Shown: positions 61,105 to 64,000 of the stretch, one piece after another
Position numbering within the stretch: position 1 is the stretch's first letter
Layout of the letters: each line of letters starts with the position of its first letter
Assembly (NCBI GenBank): GCA_026395965.1
Contig: JAPLXS010000012.1
Coordinates: 36,116-100,115 of the forward strand
Reading direction: 5' to 3'
Origin: Candidatus Nomurabacteria bacterium
Lineage (GTDB): Bacteria > Patescibacteriota > Minisyncoccia > Phycocordibacterales > UBA9973
DNA length: 64,000 bases
Notes under the pieces: model-generated
What the model was told of the DNA's origin: nothing
Database searches by the model: none
What the model saw: only the letters and a program-made list of their open reading frames with translations
Program-made: the position numbers and the translations under genes

Positions 61105-62499
61105 TTAATTGTTTTTAATTATCTCAATACCTAATTCTTTTAATTGTTTGCTAGAAACTGTAGATGGTGCTCCCATCATTAGATCTTTGCCTTCTCCTGT
61201 TTTAGGGAAAGCCATAACTTCACGAATATTTGGTTCGTTTTCAAGAAGCATAACGATTCTATCTATTCCTTGTGCGCATCCTCCGTGTGGTGGCGCACCA
61301 TATTCAAATGCTTCTAACATATGCCCAAAACGAGCCTCGATATCTTCTTGTTTTAGTCCAAGTAATTCAAATATTTTATTTTGTAATTCGCGTTGGTGGA
61401 TTCTTATAGAACCTCCTCCCAACTCATAACCATTGAGAACTATGTCATATGCATTGGCTAATGCTTTCAGTGGGTCAGTATTTAATAAATCCTCATCTCC
61501 TGCTTTGGGTGAAGTAAATGGATGGTGAACAGCTTGAATTCCACCTTCTTTATCTTTTTCAAACATAGGAAAATCTACAATCCAACAAAAGGCTAGCAAG
61601 TTTTGGTCGTTTTTATCTGTGCGTAGATCTGGTTTATCGTTGCCGTATTTTTCCATCGATTCAGCATATGTTAAACGAGGGAATGGTATTTCTTGTATTT
61701 TTTTATTTGGGTAAATTTTTTGTACCATTTTTATAAACATATCTTCTGTATAGTTTATAATTTCTTCTTGATTAGTAAATGAAATCTCGTAGTCTAGTTG
61801 AGTAAATTCTGGCTGACGGTCACCACGAGTATCTTCATCTCTCATACATTTTGCAACTTGGAAATATTTTTCAAAACCAGCAACCATACAAAGCTGTTTA
61901 AATTGTTGAGGTGATTGTGGTAGTACATAAAAATTACCTGGCTCAGTTCTTGATGGTACTAAATACTCACGAGAACCTTCTGGAGTTCCCTTTGTCATTA
62001 TAGGAGTTTCGATTTCAATAAAATCATTGTTATGCATATGATCACGAAAGAATGAAATAATTTTATCTCTCATTCGTATATTTTTCTGCATTCTTTCTGT
62101 ACGAAGATCTAGGTATTTATATTTCATTCGAAGGTCTTCGTTGATACCTATTGTATTTTCATTTACTGAAAATGGTGTAGTTTTTGATTTATTTAATATC
62201 TCAATTGCAGTAATTTCTAACTCAATATCACCATTTAGTACTCCTTCTTTTATGTTTCTTTCTGGGCGTTTGTTTACTATACCTGTAACTTTAAGAACCC
62301 ATTCAGTTCTAACTTCTTTTACAGCTTCTATGGCTTCAGTATGGTTTGGTAAAACAACACACTGAGTTATGCCTGTCATATCTCGCATGTCCATAAAAAC
62401 AAGCTTTCCTTGGTCTCGACGTATGTCTACCCAGCCTGCTATTACAACCTCTTCTCCTATAAAATTATTTAAATCCTTTATGTATTTTCTATCAGTCAT
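61105..62499 (-). CDS. aspS: Aspartate--tRNA ligase lacking the GAD insert
   Basis: TPEGSRE, LPQSPQ, RDED.R.DRQPEFTQ, HHPFT, GAPPHGG. Confidence 0.95.
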   Translation of the reverse strand: MTDRKYIKDLNNFIGEEVVIAGWVDIRRDQGKLVFMDMRDMTGITQCVVLPNHTEAIEAVKEVRTEWVLKVTGIVNKRPERNIKEGVLNGDIELEITAIEILNKSKTTPFSVNENTIGINEDLRMKYKYLDLRTERMQKNIRMRDKIISFFRDHMHNNDFIEIETPIMTKGTPEGSREYLVPSRTEPGNFYVLPQSPQQFKQLCMVAGFEKYFQVAKCMRDEDTRGDRQPEFTQLDYEISFTNQEEIINYTEDMFIKMVQKIYPNKKIQEIPFPRLTYAESMEKYGNDKPDLRTDKNDQNLLAFCWIVDFPMFEKDKEGGIQAVHHPFTSPKAGDEDLLNTDPLKALANAYDIVLNGYELGGGSIRIHQRELQNKIFELLGLKQEDIEARFGHMLEAFEYGAPPHGGCAQGIDRIVMLLENEPNIREVMAFPKTGEGKDLMMGAPSTVSSKQLKELGIEIIKNN

Positions 62500-62521
62500 A
62501 TTTTGATTAAAATGTTAAATA

Positions 62522-62734
62522 TTAATGTGCCAATCTTGCTAATATATCGCACGGATAACTAAACACAGATGTAAGTACAAACAAAATCCAATAAAATGGT
62601 GCGAATGCAAAATACATAACTTTATCTTTTTTCCACATAGGTAAATACCATTTTTGGACTTTCATAAAAATTATATTTAAAGGGATAGCAATCAAGTTTA
62701 AAATCAAAAGAAGTAGTGCAGCAATATATTTCAT
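62522..62734 (-). CDS. Small hypothetical membrane protein
   Basis: Hydrophobic ORF between trpS and aspS; start moved to MKYIAA. Confidence 0.6.
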   Translation of the reverse strand: MKYIAALLLLILNLIAIPLNIIFMKVQKWYLPMWKKDKVMYFAFAPFYWILFVLTSVFSYPCDILARLAH

Positions 62735-62738
62735 AAAT

Positions 62739-63710
62739 TTAAATATTCGTTCCGATATTATCTCTAATAATTTTAATCTTTGATTCAGCAATAATTTTAG
62801 CTTTTTTTGCTCCTTCTTTTAATATCAATCTAACTTTGTCGAGATCTTTCTCATATAACTCTCTTTTATTTCTCATTGGTGTTATAAAATCAATAATTTC
62901 TTTGTATAACATATCTTTTGATTCTTTGTAACCAAGACCACCCTTGATGTATCTATCACGAAGTAAATTTAACTCATTTTCGTTTAAAAAAAGTTTATGT
63001 AATGCGAAAATATTACAAACATCGGGGTTTTTGGACTCTTCAGGTAATTTTGAATCTGTAACTATTTTCATTACGCATTTTTTTATTTCTTCATCTGTAC
63101 CAAATAGCGGAATAGTATTTTTGTAACTTTTACTCATTTTTCTTCCGTCTACACCTGGTACTATTGAAACTTCTTTCAGAATAAGTGGCTCTGGTAATTT
63201 AAAAGTATCGCCATATATGTTATTAAATTTTAGAGCAATATCTCGTGCGTATTCTACATGTTGTTTTTGATCTGCTCCAACTGGAACTATATCTGCATCT
63301 TGAATCAATATATCTGCGGCCATAAGTATAGGATAATCAAATAATCCAACAGTTACTTCTTTGGCTTTCATATGAGCATCTTTGTATGAAGTAGCTCTCT
63401 CTAAAAATGGCATAGTTGTAATACAGTTAAAATACCATGCGAGTTCAGTTACTTCTGGTACATCTGATTGTTTAAATAAACAGACTTTATTTGGATTGAG
63501 TCCACAAGCAAGGTAATCAAGAGCAACATTTAAAATATTTGCAGACAATTCTTCCTTGTTTTGTATAGTTGTAATAGCATGTAAATCAGCGATAAATATA
63601 GTTGAATCATAATTATCTTGCATATCAACAAATTGCTTGATAGCCCCGAAATAGTTGCCTATATGAATAGTTCCAGACGGTTGTATTCCTGATAATAATC
63701 TTTTGTTCAT
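62739..63710 (-). CDS. trpS: Tryptophan--tRNA ligase
   Basis: SGIQPSG, HIGN, YPILMAADI, VPVGADQ, KMSKS. Confidence 0.97.
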   Translation of the reverse strand: MNKRLLSGIQPSGTIHIGNYFGAIKQFVDMQDNYDSTIFIADLHAITTIQNKEELSANILNVALDYLACGLNPNKVCLFKQSDVPEVTELAWYFNCITTMPFLERATSYKDAHMKAKEVTVGLFDYPILMAADILIQDADIVPVGADQKQHVEYARDIALKFNNIYGDTFKLPEPLILKEVSIVPGVDGRKMSKSYKNTIPLFGTDEEIKKCVMKIVTDSKLPEESKNPDVCNIFALHKLFLNENELNLLRDRYIKGGLGYKESKDMLYKEIIDFITPMRNKRELYEKDLDKVRLILKEGAKKAKIIAESKIKIIRDNIGTNI

Positions 63711-63814
63711 ATTGTATATAGTATCAAAAAACTAATAGTTTTGCACATTTTACACACACATTTGTTAGATAAATCAAGTTTTTATAATCTATAATTGGTG
63801 CTACAATACTTTTT

Positions 63815-64000
63815 ATGACAGATAAAAAAACAAAACTTAGAATTCCACCACAAAATATTGATGCTGAAAAAGCAATATTGGGATCTATAATGCTTAGACC
63901 AGGTGCCATACATGAAATCAATGACATTATAAGCATGGAGACATTTTATGCTTCAAAACATGCACAAATATACAAAATCATGTTGGAGCTTTCTAGTAAA
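63815..64000 (+). CDS. dnaB: Replicative DNA helicase, N-terminus (partial)
   Basis: MTDKKTKLRIPPQNIDAEKAILGSIML...FY...H..IY. Confidence 0.88.
   Translation, partial: MTDKKTKLRIPPQNIDAEKAILGSIMLRPGAIHEINDIISMETFYASKHAQIYKIMLELSSK

Noticed and set aside
63724-63936. 70-aa minus-strand ORF
   Set aside because: It is antisense to the dnaB N-terminus.

Overview
Very AT-rich bacterial chromosome segment using the standard code. It is most consistent with a Patescibacteria/CPR genome (Parcubacteria-like), judged from the CPR-type pilin, streamlined enzymes and the aspS-scpAB-mraY-ftsW-murG-gltX cluster; this assignment is inference. It carries a Zwf-Gnd fusion, msrBA, a full F0F1 ATP synthase operon, a pentose-phosphate/glycolysis cluster, translation and cell-wall genes, three tRNAs (Glu-CTC, Ile-GAT, Leu-TAA) and a small defence-like island next to tRNA-Glu (DpnI-like nuclease, trypsin-like protease, HEPN-motif protein). 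The most striking unexplained signals are non-coding. (1) A covarying structured element of about 120-140 nt follows tRNA-Leu, tRNA-Glu and a tRNA-Glu 3'-end remnant, and each copy contains antisense sequence matched to its own tRNA. (2) tRNA-Ile is nested inside an inverted repeat between split 5' and 3' halves of a second copy. (3) A 77-nt structured repeat occurs twice in the atp operon. (4) A palindromic 11-6-11 dif-like site lies where gene orientation converges. (5) There appear to be two expression architectures: leaderless core genes, and orphan genes with long hairpin leaders. All calls come from reading the sequence; no searches or folding programs were run.
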